NCBI GenBank assembly: GCA_029260035.1
Contig: JAJDEA010000252.1
Coordinates: forward strand, 1,125-65,124
Source of the DNA: Phycisphaerae bacterium
GTDB taxonomy: Bacteria; Planctomycetota; Phycisphaerae; UBA1845
DNA length: 64,000 nucleotides
Reading direction: 5' to 3'
Positions 48,027 through 58,653 of this stretch are shown piece by piece; the stretch's first letter is position 1; each line of letters starts with the position of its first letter. Made by a program: the position numbers and the translations under genes. The notes under the pieces are model-generated. The model ran no database searches. It had not been told where the DNA came from and saw only the letters and a list, made by a program, of their open reading frames with translations.

Positions 48027-49415
48027 TCACATCCATCCGAGTTTCTCGATTCGCGTACGGATTTCCTCTGCGCCAATACGATGCCCGTTTCCGTTCCAAT
48101 GACCATCATCAAGAAAGAAAATAAGCTCGCCTTTCGCTGCGGATTCGCGTAGTGCCGGAGTCAAATCGAGAAACTCGATTTCGTTCGCCTGCGCCCATCG
48201 CCCAATTCGATCAATAAGATCATTCGGCTTCCAACCGGCCAGTGTTGAATCGATACCATTCTCGCACAAGTCATGGTACATGCGGTACTTAATGGGTACG
48301 CTTACTAACAGGAAATTGATCTTTTCCTTTTCGCAAATCCCCCGCCCCTTTCGTATGAACTCCAGCGCCGCATTGGCATTCGTCAAGTCAGAGTCAGACA
48401 GAGGACTGCCGCCAAATGCGAAGAACATGCGCTCGCCCCGATATTCTCCAGGGATATTCAATACACACGACTTTGAGAGATCCTCTTCTTTTTTCGAATC
48501 CGAAGGCGACGTTTTTCTCACAATCAGTTGCAAAAGGTTTCGACTGAAGCTGCGTTTGCGGAAGCCGTGACTTTGTGCAATGTACTCATCCCATCTCTTG
48601 ATGCTTTCGCGATACCGAATGAAATCGTGAGTTAAGTCATTTCCTTCGTACAAGACCCAAACGACAACTCTTGGCTTTGCAGGCAACGCAAAGCGCTTCA
48701 ATACCGCCAGCTCCTGCTGAGGGCCATATCCAATCTGCCCCAGGTTGATGACCTGCTCGCCCAGAAATTCAGATAGATGTGCCGAAATAATGTCATCATA
48801 ATCAACGATCGGCCCTTCGACGAAGGAATCGCCAATCAACACGATGTCAGCCTGTTTGATGTCATCGGCGTTGCGAAAACCCTGATAGTCGTAGCGCACA
48901 TCAACTTCGTATCGTCGATCCGTTTGAATATTGTACGAAACGACCAGATCGCCAGGAACCGTGCCTGCGAACTCATCGTAGGGGGTGTGAAGATGAATCA
49001 ATTCGTCATCGAGACGATTTCGCGGATTTTCCCAGGCCTTGCGAAATGGGGTCCCAAAGACGACACGGTAATCTATCAGTCTTATCGCAGCAGGCAGTTC
49101 CAAACAAACCAGTACAATCGCACCACATAACGTCGTCGCCAAAACTGCGAAGATCTTTCGACGCAACACGCCACCCGAAGCAATCACCCACGCGGCTGCT
49201 AATAGTACATAAGTCGCCAAGCAGTTGGTCGCGAACAGCCGAATCGAGTATCGCCCCAATATTAAATCGCGTTCGCCGGAACCTCCCGACTGAAACCACA
49301 GCGCAATCGCTACGCCAACCAGTATGATGGTACAAACGATCGATCGCGCGGAACGTCGCACCATTGGCCCAGCATCGGGTTCATTTTCTTCTCTAAAGGT
49401 GGATTCCACAGTCAA
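48027..49415 (-). CDS. Membrane-anchored SGNH protein (AlgX/AlgJ-like)
   Basis: Three TM helices; IGDSFVEG, NLG..GYGP, EGND, DDGHWNGNGH. Confidence 0.82.
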   Translation of the reverse strand: MTVESTFREENEPDAGPMVRRSARSIVCTIILVGVAIALWFQSGGSGERDLILGRYSIRLFATNCLATYVLLAAAWVIASGGVLRRKIFAVLATTLCGAIVLVCLELPAAIRLIDYRVVFGTPFRKAWENPRNRLDDELIHLHTPYDEFAGTVPGDLVVSYNIQTDRRYEVDVRYDYQGFRNADDIKQADIVLIGDSFVEGPIVDYDDIISAHLSEFLGEQVINLGQIGYGPQQELAVLKRFALPAKPRVVVWVLYEGNDLTHDFIRYRESIKRWDEYIAQSHGFRKRSFSRNLLQLIVRKTSPSDSKKEEDLSKSCVLNIPGEYRGERMFFAFGGSPLSDSDLTNANAALEFIRKGRGICEKEKINFLLVSVPIKYRMYHDLCENGIDSTLAGWKPNDLIDRIGRWAQANEIEFLDLTPALRESAAKGELIFFLDDGHWNGNGHRIGAEEIRTRIEKLGWM

Positions 49416-51244
49416 TCAGATTTCGCGACGATCGTATCTCTCGACGGATCCCACAATCGCCAAGTCAACAGTACCAGAATAAAGAGTGCTGAAAACATGA
49501 CATTCGATCCACGCTGCACAAACTGCCAATTCGGAGCAAGAATCCAATAGACGTTAAAGAATGGGGATAGCAATGCGAGCGGAACAACAACGCGAACCAA
49601 AGGCTCAGACCGAACAAGGGCAGCGACGGCCAATAGCCAGAGCACAAACCAAGGCCACACATGTCCGATTGAAGTAAAGAGAATCGATGCGAGAAGCGCT
49701 AGGGATACTCCAGCCAAATGCAACATGGAACGCTCTCTCGCAAACTTCACAAGACACGTCAACGACACCGCCCCCATTCCTAATCGAACAATTCCTTGAC
49801 TGGCGAATGCCTCCAATCCGGGCCAGCGATCGTCCAACAGATGGCCAACCGTTCCGATCAGCGCAAGCCAACCAACCATGCAACATCCAAATAGCGCCAT
49901 CCAGTAAGTCCGCATTCTGCCAATCATGCGCGATGGAAACAAATGTATTACATAGGCCGTGACCAGGATGCATAGTGCCGCAACTAAGACACAAAATCCG
50001 GCCGAGGTGCCAATCCACGCACCCACGCGAGAAGCCAATCCCGTAATCGCATGCTCGGGCAGGAAGAAATGCCAGTTTCGCATATCCCGCGTTCCAGAAA
50101 AGAACTGCACGTCACGAAAGAAGGGAGAAAATATCGCGATGCTTAGACCGGTGCAAGCGAACAGCGACAGCACATATGGCCATCGCTGGCCTTTGGTCGC
50201 CGACCATCCGCGCCAAATCTCGATCAATATCAACGGCGCAGTCACATACTTGAAGAGAATGGACAACATAAGCGCAAGAGGTGCCAAACAGTGCCTCTTT
50301 CGACCAACAAGAAACAGCCACAGCAGAATACATGCTACCATGGAGATGTCATTATGCCCTTCCCCGACCGAAAAATGCACCGACATGGGCAGCCAACCAA
50401 AAGCACAAATGGCGATCGCCTGCGTCTTCAACGACATCGACTCCGTCGTTTTTCGAATCAGCCACAAAGAGAGGAGCCAAAACACGAGGAGTATTCCCTT
50501 GAACAGCAGGAATTCGACAAGGACCTGTCGATTGCTGACAAAGGAAACAGCCGCTGCCGTGATCGCCCAAAGCGGGCCATACGTCATCGTTTCTTCAAAA
50601 TGTGACAAAGGAATATCACTTAGGCTGCTCGTCGTGAACAATTCATAATAAGGATTATTCCCATCGGTAATCATGCGCGACCATGCCACGGAGCACCAAA
50701 AATCCTGTGTGAATATTGGATACGCAGCCACACATGCGAACGCTAACACAACGGCAGTTCGCCCAAGACTATGGACTATTGATGCATTGATAGGCTCGCG
50801 GTGTCGCACCAACCGAAAAAAAACAAGACCCGCCGCGAGCGATGCCAGCAACATAGGCAAAACATAAGCAATCACACCAAACCATTTACTGGACATCGCC
50901 GTATCACCAGACAACGTTCTTTTCAAGAACATCGCCACTGATTCCGGCAAAAAAGGAATCGCGTTCACCAGTCGATGGAACATCTCCACCTCCTTGGGCT
51001 GAACCATGCCGAAAGGAGATAGCGGAGCAATCAGATACGACGACGGAACCAGTAAGAGAAATGATGCAACCAATATAAAGCCGCATCGGCGCACCAACAC
51101 CGCCAGTTGCTCGTTCTCTCGGTCATGCACAGCAACGCGCAAGTCTTGATTCTTACTCATGGCTGATGATGTCGTACTTGGCGTCACGATTGCGTTGCTT
51201 TGAAAACCGGAATAGCCGAACGGACGGTCCTGAAAATCAACCAT
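49412..51244 (-). CDS. GT-C membrane glycosyltransferase, MptA/MptB (GT87-like) type
   Basis: PIFTQDF...GNNPY, MTYGPLW, GEGHND, SILFKY, VWPWF. Start taken at ATG 51244 (ATGGTTGA overlap with the upstream stop); 51160 is also possible. Confidence 0.72.
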   Translation of the reverse strand: MVDFQDRPFGYSGFQSNAIVTPSTTSSAMSKNQDLRVAVHDRENEQLAVLVRRCGFILVASFLLLVPSSYLIAPLSPFGMVQPKEVEMFHRLVNAIPFLPESVAMFLKRTLSGDTAMSSKWFGVIAYVLPMLLASLAAGLVFFRLVRHREPINASIVHSLGRTAVVLAFACVAAYPIFTQDFWCSVAWSRMITDGNNPYYELFTTSSLSDIPLSHFEETMTYGPLWAITAAAVSFVSNRQVLVEFLLFKGILLVFWLLSLWLIRKTTESMSLKTQAIAICAFGWLPMSVHFSVGEGHNDISMVACILLWLFLVGRKRHCLAPLALMLSILFKYVTAPLILIEIWRGWSATKGQRWPYVLSLFACTGLSIAIFSPFFRDVQFFSGTRDMRNWHFFLPEHAITGLASRVGAWIGTSAGFCVLVAALCILVTAYVIHLFPSRMIGRMRTYWMALFGCCMVGWLALIGTVGHLLDDRWPGLEAFASQGIVRLGMGAVSLTCLVKFARERSMLHLAGVSLALLASILFTSIGHVWPWFVLWLLAVAALVRSEPLVRVVVPLALLSPFFNVYWILAPNWQFVQRGSNVMFSALFILVLLTWRLWDPSRDTIVAKSD

Positions 51245-51920
51245 CACCGGCTGTACGTTCGAAGAGATGGACGACATGTGGATACGGGAGCCAATCGGAA
51301 ATCGGATAGGTCTCCATCGCGAAAGCATCGTCCACGGCTTCTCGAAACTGCTGTGGATTCCAGTACCACATGTCGAAGCCGCGTGTCATCACAACGTCCA
51401 GCGCCCAAGTGAAAAACAACTTCCAGGCAGGCTTACGAAGCACATCCTTGATGATAATGGCCCCATCCGGCGCCAAATGCTCGCCAATCGTCTCCAAAAC
51501 ATGTTTCTTTCCTTCGAGCGGAAGATGGTGCATAAGATCTATCATCACCACCGCGTCATATTGGTCAGCCAGCTCCAAAGTACGCGCGTCTCGACATTCG
51601 AATCGCGCATTCTTCAACTGCAATCTTTCCGCAGCCTTCTGCGCAGACTGAATGCGCCCCGCATTGAGGTCCAATCCGTGGTATTGAAGATCGGGATAAC
51701 GCGAGGCGAAGTAACAGCCGAAAAGCCCAAACCCGCACCCGACGTCGAGAATTCGCTTCCGCCCACGCATGCACAACCCAAGCATGTGCAGGATATTGAT
51801 GTTGATAATAAGAAAACGCGCAACGCTATACGCACGAACGATTCGCGAATCGTACGCACCGATGATCTTCTGCAATTGCTTTCGATGCGCAAGCTGGTCA
51901 AACATGGGAGTCGATGCCAC
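51237..51920 (-). CDS. Class I SAM-dependent methyltransferase
   Basis: ILDVGCGFG, GLDLN, YDAVVMIDLMHH, LAPDG. Confidence 0.92.
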   Translation of the reverse strand: MASTPMFDQLAHRKQLQKIIGAYDSRIVRAYSVARFLIININILHMLGLCMRGRKRILDVGCGFGLFGCYFASRYPDLQYHGLDLNAGRIQSAQKAAERLQLKNARFECRDARTLELADQYDAVVMIDLMHHLPLEGKKHVLETIGEHLAPDGAIIIKDVLRKPAWKLFFTWALDVVMTRGFDMWYWNPQQFREAVDDAFAMETYPISDWLPYPHVVHLFERTAGDG

Positions 51921-52028
51921 TAGATTGTCTCCTCAATTGAACGGTCACGATCGGACGCCATCATGGTGCCAGACGCACACTGGCTTCGCAGACCTCGATA
52001 CACGACCCACCGCATCACCATGATCTCC

Positions 52029-53819
52029 CTATGAAGGTTGCCATCGATAAACGCTACACACGCCCTCGGCAAAAAGGGCCGGGCCGTAGAGTAACTGCAA
52101 TTGAACTGTTTCTTTTTCTTCTACCTGATACTTCACGACATACACAACATCTCGCAAAGCTGAAAGGTAGGCTTCCTCAGACGAAACCAAAGCCTGCCCG
52201 CCAACCAGCTTGATCGCAATAGCTCGTCGCCGTTCTGCGTCCGGGTACGGATCCGTCATGTACCCGGCTGCCCCTACAAAAAGCACGCGATTCGTCATGG
52301 CTGGCAGCTCTGGGACATTGCCCTGGACGGCGACCCGTTCCCGTGGGTCTGTAACAATCATGGCGTCCGGCTCTGTCGATTTCTCGATCCATCGATAAAG
52401 TTGAGAAATTTCACTATCCACAGGGAGGCGTCGAAGATGAACGCCTTCCGTCATCAGCTGTGCAGGCGCTCGTCCGGAGTAAGCAAGTACAATGAGAATT
52501 GCGGTCGGAGCGAAACAACCGGGAACCAGAAAATATTTCCATGTACGATGGCTGGAAGACGCCGATTTCATCTCACGACGACAAAGCTTGCCGGATGCAG
52601 GAATCGCAAGCAGAACGATCGCGCTGTGGAAAAGATTGCAGGAATTTTCCACGGGCAAGTACACCGCTACGGAAGCGAGCAGCAAGAATGCAGCCGCCAA
52701 CATGAGTACCTTCAAGAACGCCGCATCGATACCGCACAACCTCTTATGGCCATACCAGGCAAACACTGCTATAGGCCCGGCACCGACCACCACCGCGACA
52801 ATATGCTTCACCCCTTTGTAGGAAGTGAGCATAAACTCCATACCGCCTTGAGAATTGCTCAACATTTGACTAAAGGTTGGTACTGCCAAAACCATGCCGG
52901 CGACGATCCCAATGATACCAGTCCACCAAGCCCCGCTCGAAGGAACATCAGATTCATCAATGCCGAGTCGCTTCGGCCTCAGCGACATAATCCACATTGT
53001 GCCAAGCGAGGCACACAACACACCACCGACCGCAAGACCAATAACCGGACTGATTGCAGTGCAGAGCATCACGGCTAATGCGACACCAACCCCCGACCGA
53101 ATCGTGCGCCTGCGCATGGCCCCACAAAGCGCCAAACCGATTGGCAAGATCAGAGCAAGGGCAACAGGTCGCGACGTGATGTTAAAAAAATAGGGCAAAT
53201 TTGGGCCATATAGCCTTGCACCAATCTGGCTCTGGTAGATATATGGGCCGAATGTGTCTGTCAGGTTGTCCCTGAATGCCGCCCCATTGTCAAAGATGCC
53301 ATGCGCAATCCAGATAAATGGGCCGAACGGATTGGCGCCCACCAACGCCAGAAAACCGATGCATACGCCAGCGACCAAACTCTGATACAACCTTCTTCCA
53401 ATCGCCAAGCTGGCAAAGACAAGGACAATTAAGCTTGAGCCGATGACCCATTCCAACGCATGTAGCGGATCGACCAACGCCACACGGCTCACAATCGCCC
53501 CAAGCAGATGAAAAAACCAATAATAGCAGATCGATTCGCCAGCAAAAAATGGATTTTCGGGAGGCAGTGAAAACGCCTGCAAACGTTGGACAATAGCTGC
53601 GTGCAGGAAACCATGCATCGATGCAAGCGTGCGCGGACTATTCGCATGGACGGCTAAGACCAGTGCCACACATAAGACAGATAAAATCGCTCCCACAATT
53701 ACGAATGCCCATGGCCACCGCGAGGGTACACTTTGACAGTCTTGCCCGTCGGCAACCCCGATGGAGGCTTGCTCAGTCGTTATCGAGCCAGATTGCATGC
53801 TATCTCTTTGAATGCTCAA
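52029..53819 (-). CDS. Polytopic membrane protein, probable GT-C glycosyltransferase
   Basis: About 11 TM helices; PPENPFFAG...YYWFFH loop; small C-terminal soluble domain (WIEKSTEPDA...PAMTNRVLF). Family assignment is inferred. Confidence 0.6.
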   Translation of the reverse strand: MSIQRDSMQSGSITTEQASIGVADGQDCQSVPSRWPWAFVIVGAILSVLCVALVLAVHANSPRTLASMHGFLHAAIVQRLQAFSLPPENPFFAGESICYYWFFHLLGAIVSRVALVDPLHALEWVIGSSLIVLVFASLAIGRRLYQSLVAGVCIGFLALVGANPFGPFIWIAHGIFDNGAAFRDNLTDTFGPYIYQSQIGARLYGPNLPYFFNITSRPVALALILPIGLALCGAMRRRTIRSGVGVALAVMLCTAISPVIGLAVGGVLCASLGTMWIMSLRPKRLGIDESDVPSSGAWWTGIIGIVAGMVLAVPTFSQMLSNSQGGMEFMLTSYKGVKHIVAVVVGAGPIAVFAWYGHKRLCGIDAAFLKVLMLAAAFLLLASVAVYLPVENSCNLFHSAIVLLAIPASGKLCRREMKSASSSHRTWKYFLVPGCFAPTAILIVLAYSGRAPAQLMTEGVHLRRLPVDSEISQLYRWIEKSTEPDAMIVTDPRERVAVQGNVPELPAMTNRVLFVGAAGYMTDPYPDAERRRAIAIKLVGGQALVSSEEAYLSALRDVVYVVKYQVEEKETVQLQLLYGPALFAEGVCSVYRWQPS

Positions 53820-53835
53820 TCAAAGCTGCCCTGCG

Positions 53836-55383
53836 TCACAACGACATGCCGTCAGAATGTTCTTTTTTCTCAGAAACAGTCCACAGACAATAAATCATCG
53901 CAAACGAAACCGCGAGAATCGCTATAGCCGAACCGCCAGTCCGAAACGCCTCGGGGAAGAAGGAACCCATTCGTTCTAGTGTGCGAAGCCAGGGGAGTTC
54001 GAACCCGCCAAGCGAGACATTCGCAACACAGTCAGCGATGCCAAGTTGGCCGACTTCAACATCCCTGTACATAGCCAGGCACCACGACCAATAGGTACAA
54101 ACGACACCAAACAACACAGCGAAAGGACGAGGCATACGCAGCAGCACTCCCACCGCCAGCAGGAACACAAATGGGGTGATCGGAACGATATGCCGAACAC
54201 CCGTGTTGAACTGCATTCTGCCGTATTGATTGGCGCCGCAAAAAATGAAGAAGACGACGCAAAATGCCAAAATACAAATCAGCTCACGTCGCCCGACGAG
54301 AGAAAAGCCTTTGCGCCAATAAGGAAAAGCAAACACAGCCAACAAAATTGGCGCCGATGTAAACAAGCCAAAACGAATGGAAAAGGCCGTATCAAAGAGT
54401 AGGTCGAGCTGCGGCCAATCGAAACCAACATAGCCTCGCTCAGTGAAGTTAGCCGCTGGCATATAATGTTGCGCGGGCCAAAGCGGATTCCCAAAACTCG
54501 ACCACTGATACGCCAACAGGACGGCACCACCCATTAACACACCGGACGCGAAACGAAGACTATCGAAACGATCTTTTGCCGACTCGGGAAGCGATGAGCG
54601 TCGAACCAAGCCATAAAACCCGAGCACAACCGGCACGATCAAGCCACTATAATCACACACAACTGCCCAACCGGACAATAACCCCGCTATGAAATACGCA
54701 GGCTTCCTGGGGACATCTTTTAAGTCCCATGGCCTCCAGAGCAGGGCAAAAGCGAACAGCGCACAGTGACACACAATCAAATTCTGATTCAACTGCGCGG
54801 TGCGATAGAAGACGGGCGTCGCAAACGCATACAACACGGCAAGCCAAACGCTCGCCCTCGCCGAACCGGTCACCCCGAGCAATAGATAGAACATCACTAC
54901 CGCAGACAGCGCAGAAAGCGGCGCCATCAAACCCGCCTGCATGACCCCGGCGGCCAAACCGAATTTGAGGTCATAGCCTTTTGCGAAAGACTTGCGAAAA
55001 AATTCGCGTGCCATGGGCCAGGGGGAATCGTACTCGGGAGGCTGCGCACCACTCTCTTGCCGAGCTGTCCTTGCTCGATCGACCACTCGATCGATGATCG
55101 GCCTTGTGAGCAAGTACGGGATTGCTCCCATGATCGACGCCCCCGGGTTGTTGTTGCTGAACCATCGACCGTCCGGCATCTCAAACAAGTCAGGGTGTAA
55201 GCCCGCATACTCGGCTACGTCAAAACTCAGATGGTCACCCAAGGACAGCGCCGGATAAATCTCACGAACTGTGTTTGTCGCAAAGTGCAACACATACACC
55301 AACCAACAGGTCAGGAACAATCGCACCGCGGTCGATCGATTCGAGAAACGCCAACTATCCGTATTATTCTGCAAATTCAACAA
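53836..55383 (-). CDS. Polytopic membrane protein, probable GT-C glycosyltransferase
   Basis: Many TM helices; D...DGRWFSNNNPG loop, YQWSSFGNP, GLFTSAP, GVRHIVP. Start uncertain. Confidence 0.6.
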   Translation of the reverse strand: MLNLQNNTDSWRFSNRSTAVRLFLTCWLVYVLHFATNTVREIYPALSLGDHLSFDVAEYAGLHPDLFEMPDGRWFSNNNPGASIMGAIPYLLTRPIIDRVVDRARTARQESGAQPPEYDSPWPMAREFFRKSFAKGYDLKFGLAAGVMQAGLMAPLSALSAVVMFYLLLGVTGSARASVWLAVLYAFATPVFYRTAQLNQNLIVCHCALFAFALLWRPWDLKDVPRKPAYFIAGLLSGWAVVCDYSGLIVPVVLGFYGLVRRSSLPESAKDRFDSLRFASGVLMGGAVLLAYQWSSFGNPLWPAQHYMPAANFTERGYVGFDWPQLDLLFDTAFSIRFGLFTSAPILLAVFAFPYWRKGFSLVGRRELICILAFCVVFFIFCGANQYGRMQFNTGVRHIVPITPFVFLLAVGVLLRMPRPFAVLFGVVCTYWSWCLAMYRDVEVGQLGIADCVANVSLGGFELPWLRTLERMGSFFPEAFRTGGSAIAILAVSFAMIYCLWTVSEKKEHSDGMSL

Positions 55384-55415
55384 CTGGATTTCTACCGAAC
55401 GCCTCTCATATCGAA

Positions 55416-56831
55416 TCAGGAAGCCTTCTTGCCTCCGAGCACCGCAACCAAACCCAAAGCACGCTCACGAACAGCCTCGTCAATTGCCAACGAAGCGACA
55501 CCCATAACAACAACGACAACGATCACTTCAATAGGTAGCGTTGCTTCGGGTATTATAGCCAGAGTCAACACGACCAGCGTGACAGCTATCAAAGGTCTAA
55601 TCAAAGAACGCAGGTGTCCGACTACGCCCAGTTTGTCGTGAGCGAAATGCCAGGACGAACACCACACTACGATCTCTCCCACCACCAATGCTATCGCAGC
55701 ACCTTGCGTACCCCAAGCGCCATAGGCGAACGGAATGAGTCCGAGCGTAACAGCAGCCCCAAGAGCTGCTGTTACCATTTCCGCCTTTTGGTGACCCGTC
55801 GCAATAAGGCCGAAACGAAAATGACCGTTCACCGCTGCCAGCACGCAAACCGCACTGAGCCATTGCAATGTTGTCGTTGCTTCGACAAATTCCGGCCCGG
55901 ACGCTACACGAATCGCAACGCCCGAAACAACCACCCAAATCGCACCACATGCCAGCGCAATCCACCCTACCATCCGCATGGATCGCCCAACAAGCGCATG
56001 AAACTCCTCACGATTTCCATGCCAGTCTCTTGACATCGATGGCAACAGATTAAAATAATACAACCAAACAAAAGCATGGAGCGCGATGAGAATTTTCATG
56101 CACACACCGAAATATCCAAGGTCTTCTTGGGTCGCAACAAGACCGACAAGCAGTGTGGCTCCGAACATGCGTACAGACCAGAACATCTGACTCAGACCTA
56201 TCGTCACGCCGTCTCGTATCAACGATCGCGATACGCGAAACCTAAGTCGCAGCCGAGCACCCAACTTTCGACGATACATCGCGTAAAAGAAAACCGCAGC
56301 AGCCGTCACGCCGGCAAGTTCCGCTGCCCCCACCACCCACAAACCCTGCAAATCCCGAACGAAAACCACAACGATCAAAGCGAAGATACCCTGTCGAACG
56401 ACCTGCGCGATCGCAACAATATGCATCATCTCGTGCCCTTGAAACACCCACCGTAAGAGCATCGGCAGCACAAACAAACTCGAACAATAGACGAGAATCA
56501 GCTGTTCCTGCTGATCTGACCGATCCATCACGAACACCGCGACCAAAACAATCGCAAAAGAAGCGATGGCAATCAAAAACCGAACGAACACAATCTCCGA
56601 AACTAATTCCGCAGTGCGCGCTGGCTTCTTGGCAATTTCGCGAGCACCGTATGCATCGAATCCCTGGTCAACGAGAAGCCCCATGATAAGAAACAGGCTC
56701 GCGGCAAATTCAACCATTCCCGCACCAACAGGCCCCGCAATGCGCCAAACATAGGCAAACGCTGCAAACGTCGCCGCTTTGCTAATCACTTCCGCCCATG
56801 CGAGTGACATGAAATTGAACGCAAGTTTCAT
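55416..56831 (-). CDS. Second oligosaccharide flippase (Wzx/RfbX type)
   Basis: NFMSL..AEVISK, DQG..AYGAREIA, WVFQG.E, LGYF, LLPSMSR; about 12-14 TM helices. Confidence 0.9.
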   Translation of the reverse strand: MKLAFNFMSLAWAEVISKAATFAAFAYVWRIAGPVGAGMVEFAASLFLIMGLLVDQGFDAYGAREIAKKPARTAELVSEIVFVRFLIAIASFAIVLVAVFVMDRSDQQEQLILVYCSSLFVLPMLLRWVFQGHEMMHIVAIAQVVRQGIFALIVVVFVRDLQGLWVVGAAELAGVTAAAVFFYAMYRRKLGARLRLRFRVSRSLIRDGVTIGLSQMFWSVRMFGATLLVGLVATQEDLGYFGVCMKILIALHAFVWLYYFNLLPSMSRDWHGNREEFHALVGRSMRMVGWIALACGAIWVVVSGVAIRVASGPEFVEATTTLQWLSAVCVLAAVNGHFRFGLIATGHQKAEMVTAALGAAVTLGLIPFAYGAWGTQGAAIALVVGEIVVWCSSWHFAHDKLGVVGHLRSLIRPLIAVTLVVLTLAIIPEATLPIEVIVVVVVMGVASLAIDEAVRERALGLVAVLGGKKAS

Positions 56832-56864
56832 GCTGGTCGTTCTCTTACCAAAGCCGTACCCACG

Positions 56865-57623
56865 TCACTTTTCACGAAAAACCGCACGCACGCTACGCCC
56901 CCACCGCCGAATCGCGAGGTATCGATCGAGCTTCCCCATCACCGCGCGTCGGAAGTCGTCGGGCTGTTGAAGGTAGTAAGTATCAAGCCGGGGTAGTGCT
57001 TCCAGAGATTCGTAACTCGCCCGCCGCAACTCAGTCGTACACGCCGCATCAAACGCCTCACCGACAATACGTCTCGCATACTCAGTGTGCCAACCAAAGG
57101 GGTAGGCAAAAGTTGATATTCTGTGCTGCAACTTGTCTTCGAGCGATTGCCTGGAATCCGCTATCTCGCGTTTAACAGCCTGTTCGTCCAGCCGTCGCAG
57201 GTCGGGATGCGTCACCGTATGGGCACCGATTTCCAACCCAGCCTTAACGAGATCATCGATTTGCGACCACGTCATCAAAGGCTGCAAGCCAAGCCTTTCA
57301 AGTGGCGGCGCCCAGTCGTTTGCTAGGCCGACATGCCCAGTAACGACGAATACCGTCGCCGAGAATTCAAACTCCCGCAACGCAGGCAACGCATGTTCAT
57401 GAACATTCGCATAGCCGTCATCAAAGGTCATAACAACAACATTCTTCGGCCACGCGCCCTCACGTTTTCGATACCGAACGGCTTCGGCCAAAGAAATACC
57501 GCGCAGACCAAGCTCTGCGAGCACAGCCATTTGCTTAACAAAAAGCGCAGGCGAGGTCGAGACAACAGACCCGCTATCATCAACCGAGTGGTACGTCAGT
57601 ATGGCAAGACGATCGGTTGCCAC
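56865..57623 (-). CDS. Polysaccharide deacetylase (CE4)
   Basis: ILTYHSV, TFDDGY, ATVFV, EIGAHTVTH, FAYPFG. Confidence 0.93.
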   Translation of the reverse strand: MATDRLAILTYHSVDDSGSVVSTSPALFVKQMAVLAELGLRGISLAEAVRYRKREGAWPKNVVVMTFDDGYANVHEHALPALREFEFSATVFVVTGHVGLANDWAPPLERLGLQPLMTWSQIDDLVKAGLEIGAHTVTHPDLRRLDEQAVKREIADSRQSLEDKLQHRISTFAYPFGWHTEYARRIVGEAFDAACTTELRRASYESLEALPRLDTYYLQQPDDFRRAVMGKLDRYLAIRRWGRSVRAVFREK

Positions 57624-57666
57624 GTTTGCGTCAGTGTAGTGAAATCATCTCGTTTGTTTCGAACGA

Positions 57667-58653
57667 TCAGCCGGTCGTAGTGTCTTGCTGTCCGCCTTGG
57701 ACACCAGACAGACGATGTTCATCGACAGGCTGACACACATACCCCACGAACTCCCCGCACGACCAGGCAGATAGAAGTGCCGCGATCAAAGGAAACGCAC
57801 GGAATATTTGCCCGATCGTTCGCCCTTGACGAATCATGTGTCTAAATGCTCGCCAGGAAAGCAACATCGGAAGCACAGGGGCCCCCAGCAGAAACGTGAG
57901 CCGACGCAAGCTCGAACACTCACGAACGCGCGTTTCCGCAAAAATCCGCCCCCACTCCAACCGCTCTCGCAAGGCGCTACCAAATGATTGTTGCGGTCGA
58001 TGCTGGAAGACGACAATACTCGGATCAATAAACAGCACTTCGCCGCGAGCCTGCAAGGCCCAGTGGACATTTGTTTCGTGATACGCGACACACCAAGTGT
58101 CACGAACAGCCTCCAACGCAGTTCGTTTATAAGAAATATTCACGTCCGAAACGTAGTCTCTTGGGCCTGCCTCGATGGGAGAGCCATACCGACCAAAATC
58201 GCAGTAATACCATGCCCAGTTAAGAGGCTTATCAATCTCATTATCGATAGGCCCGCCGATCACCGCATAGGGCTGTTTGTGAGCCTCCAGAATTCGCGCG
58301 CACCAGTCCTCAGCCGGAACTGCGTGATCCTCGGTCATCGCGACGATTCGACCACGCACGCGAGACAAACCGCAAGCGCGTCGGCGATCAAACAGACGGT
58401 GTTTATGTGCCGGAATATCGGCACAAGATGCAACACCCAGGTCATCGATCCAGTGGAACTGCACAGTCGGGTATCGCGCTTCCATCGATTTCACATCAGC
58501 GCAAAACTCATCAATGGGAACGATGATCTCACCGTTCGCTGCTTGAACCTGAGGGATCAACGCCTGAAGACACCGATCGAGCGAATCAACTCCACTCACA
58601 ACGGTAAGCAAGACGCTTAAGTTCAAAGGCGATTCGGCTGCGTTCTCTGCCAT
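57667..58653 (-). CDS. GT2-like glycosyltransferase with an EDH motif
   Basis: IVAMTEDH, IGGPIDN, NISYKR, C-terminal TM helices ending GEFVGY. Paralog of 60266..61174. Confidence 0.8.
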   Translation of the reverse strand: MAENAAESPLNLSVLLTVVSGVDSLDRCLQALIPQVQAANGEIIVPIDEFCADVKSMEARYPTVQFHWIDDLGVASCADIPAHKHRLFDRRRACGLSRVRGRIVAMTEDHAVPAEDWCARILEAHKQPYAVIGGPIDNEIDKPLNWAWYYCDFGRYGSPIEAGPRDYVSDVNISYKRTALEAVRDTWCVAYHETNVHWALQARGEVLFIDPSIVVFQHRPQQSFGSALRERLEWGRIFAETRVRECSSLRRLTFLLGAPVLPMLLSWRAFRHMIRQGRTIGQIFRAFPLIAALLSAWSCGEFVGYVCQPVDEHRLSGVQGGQQDTTTG

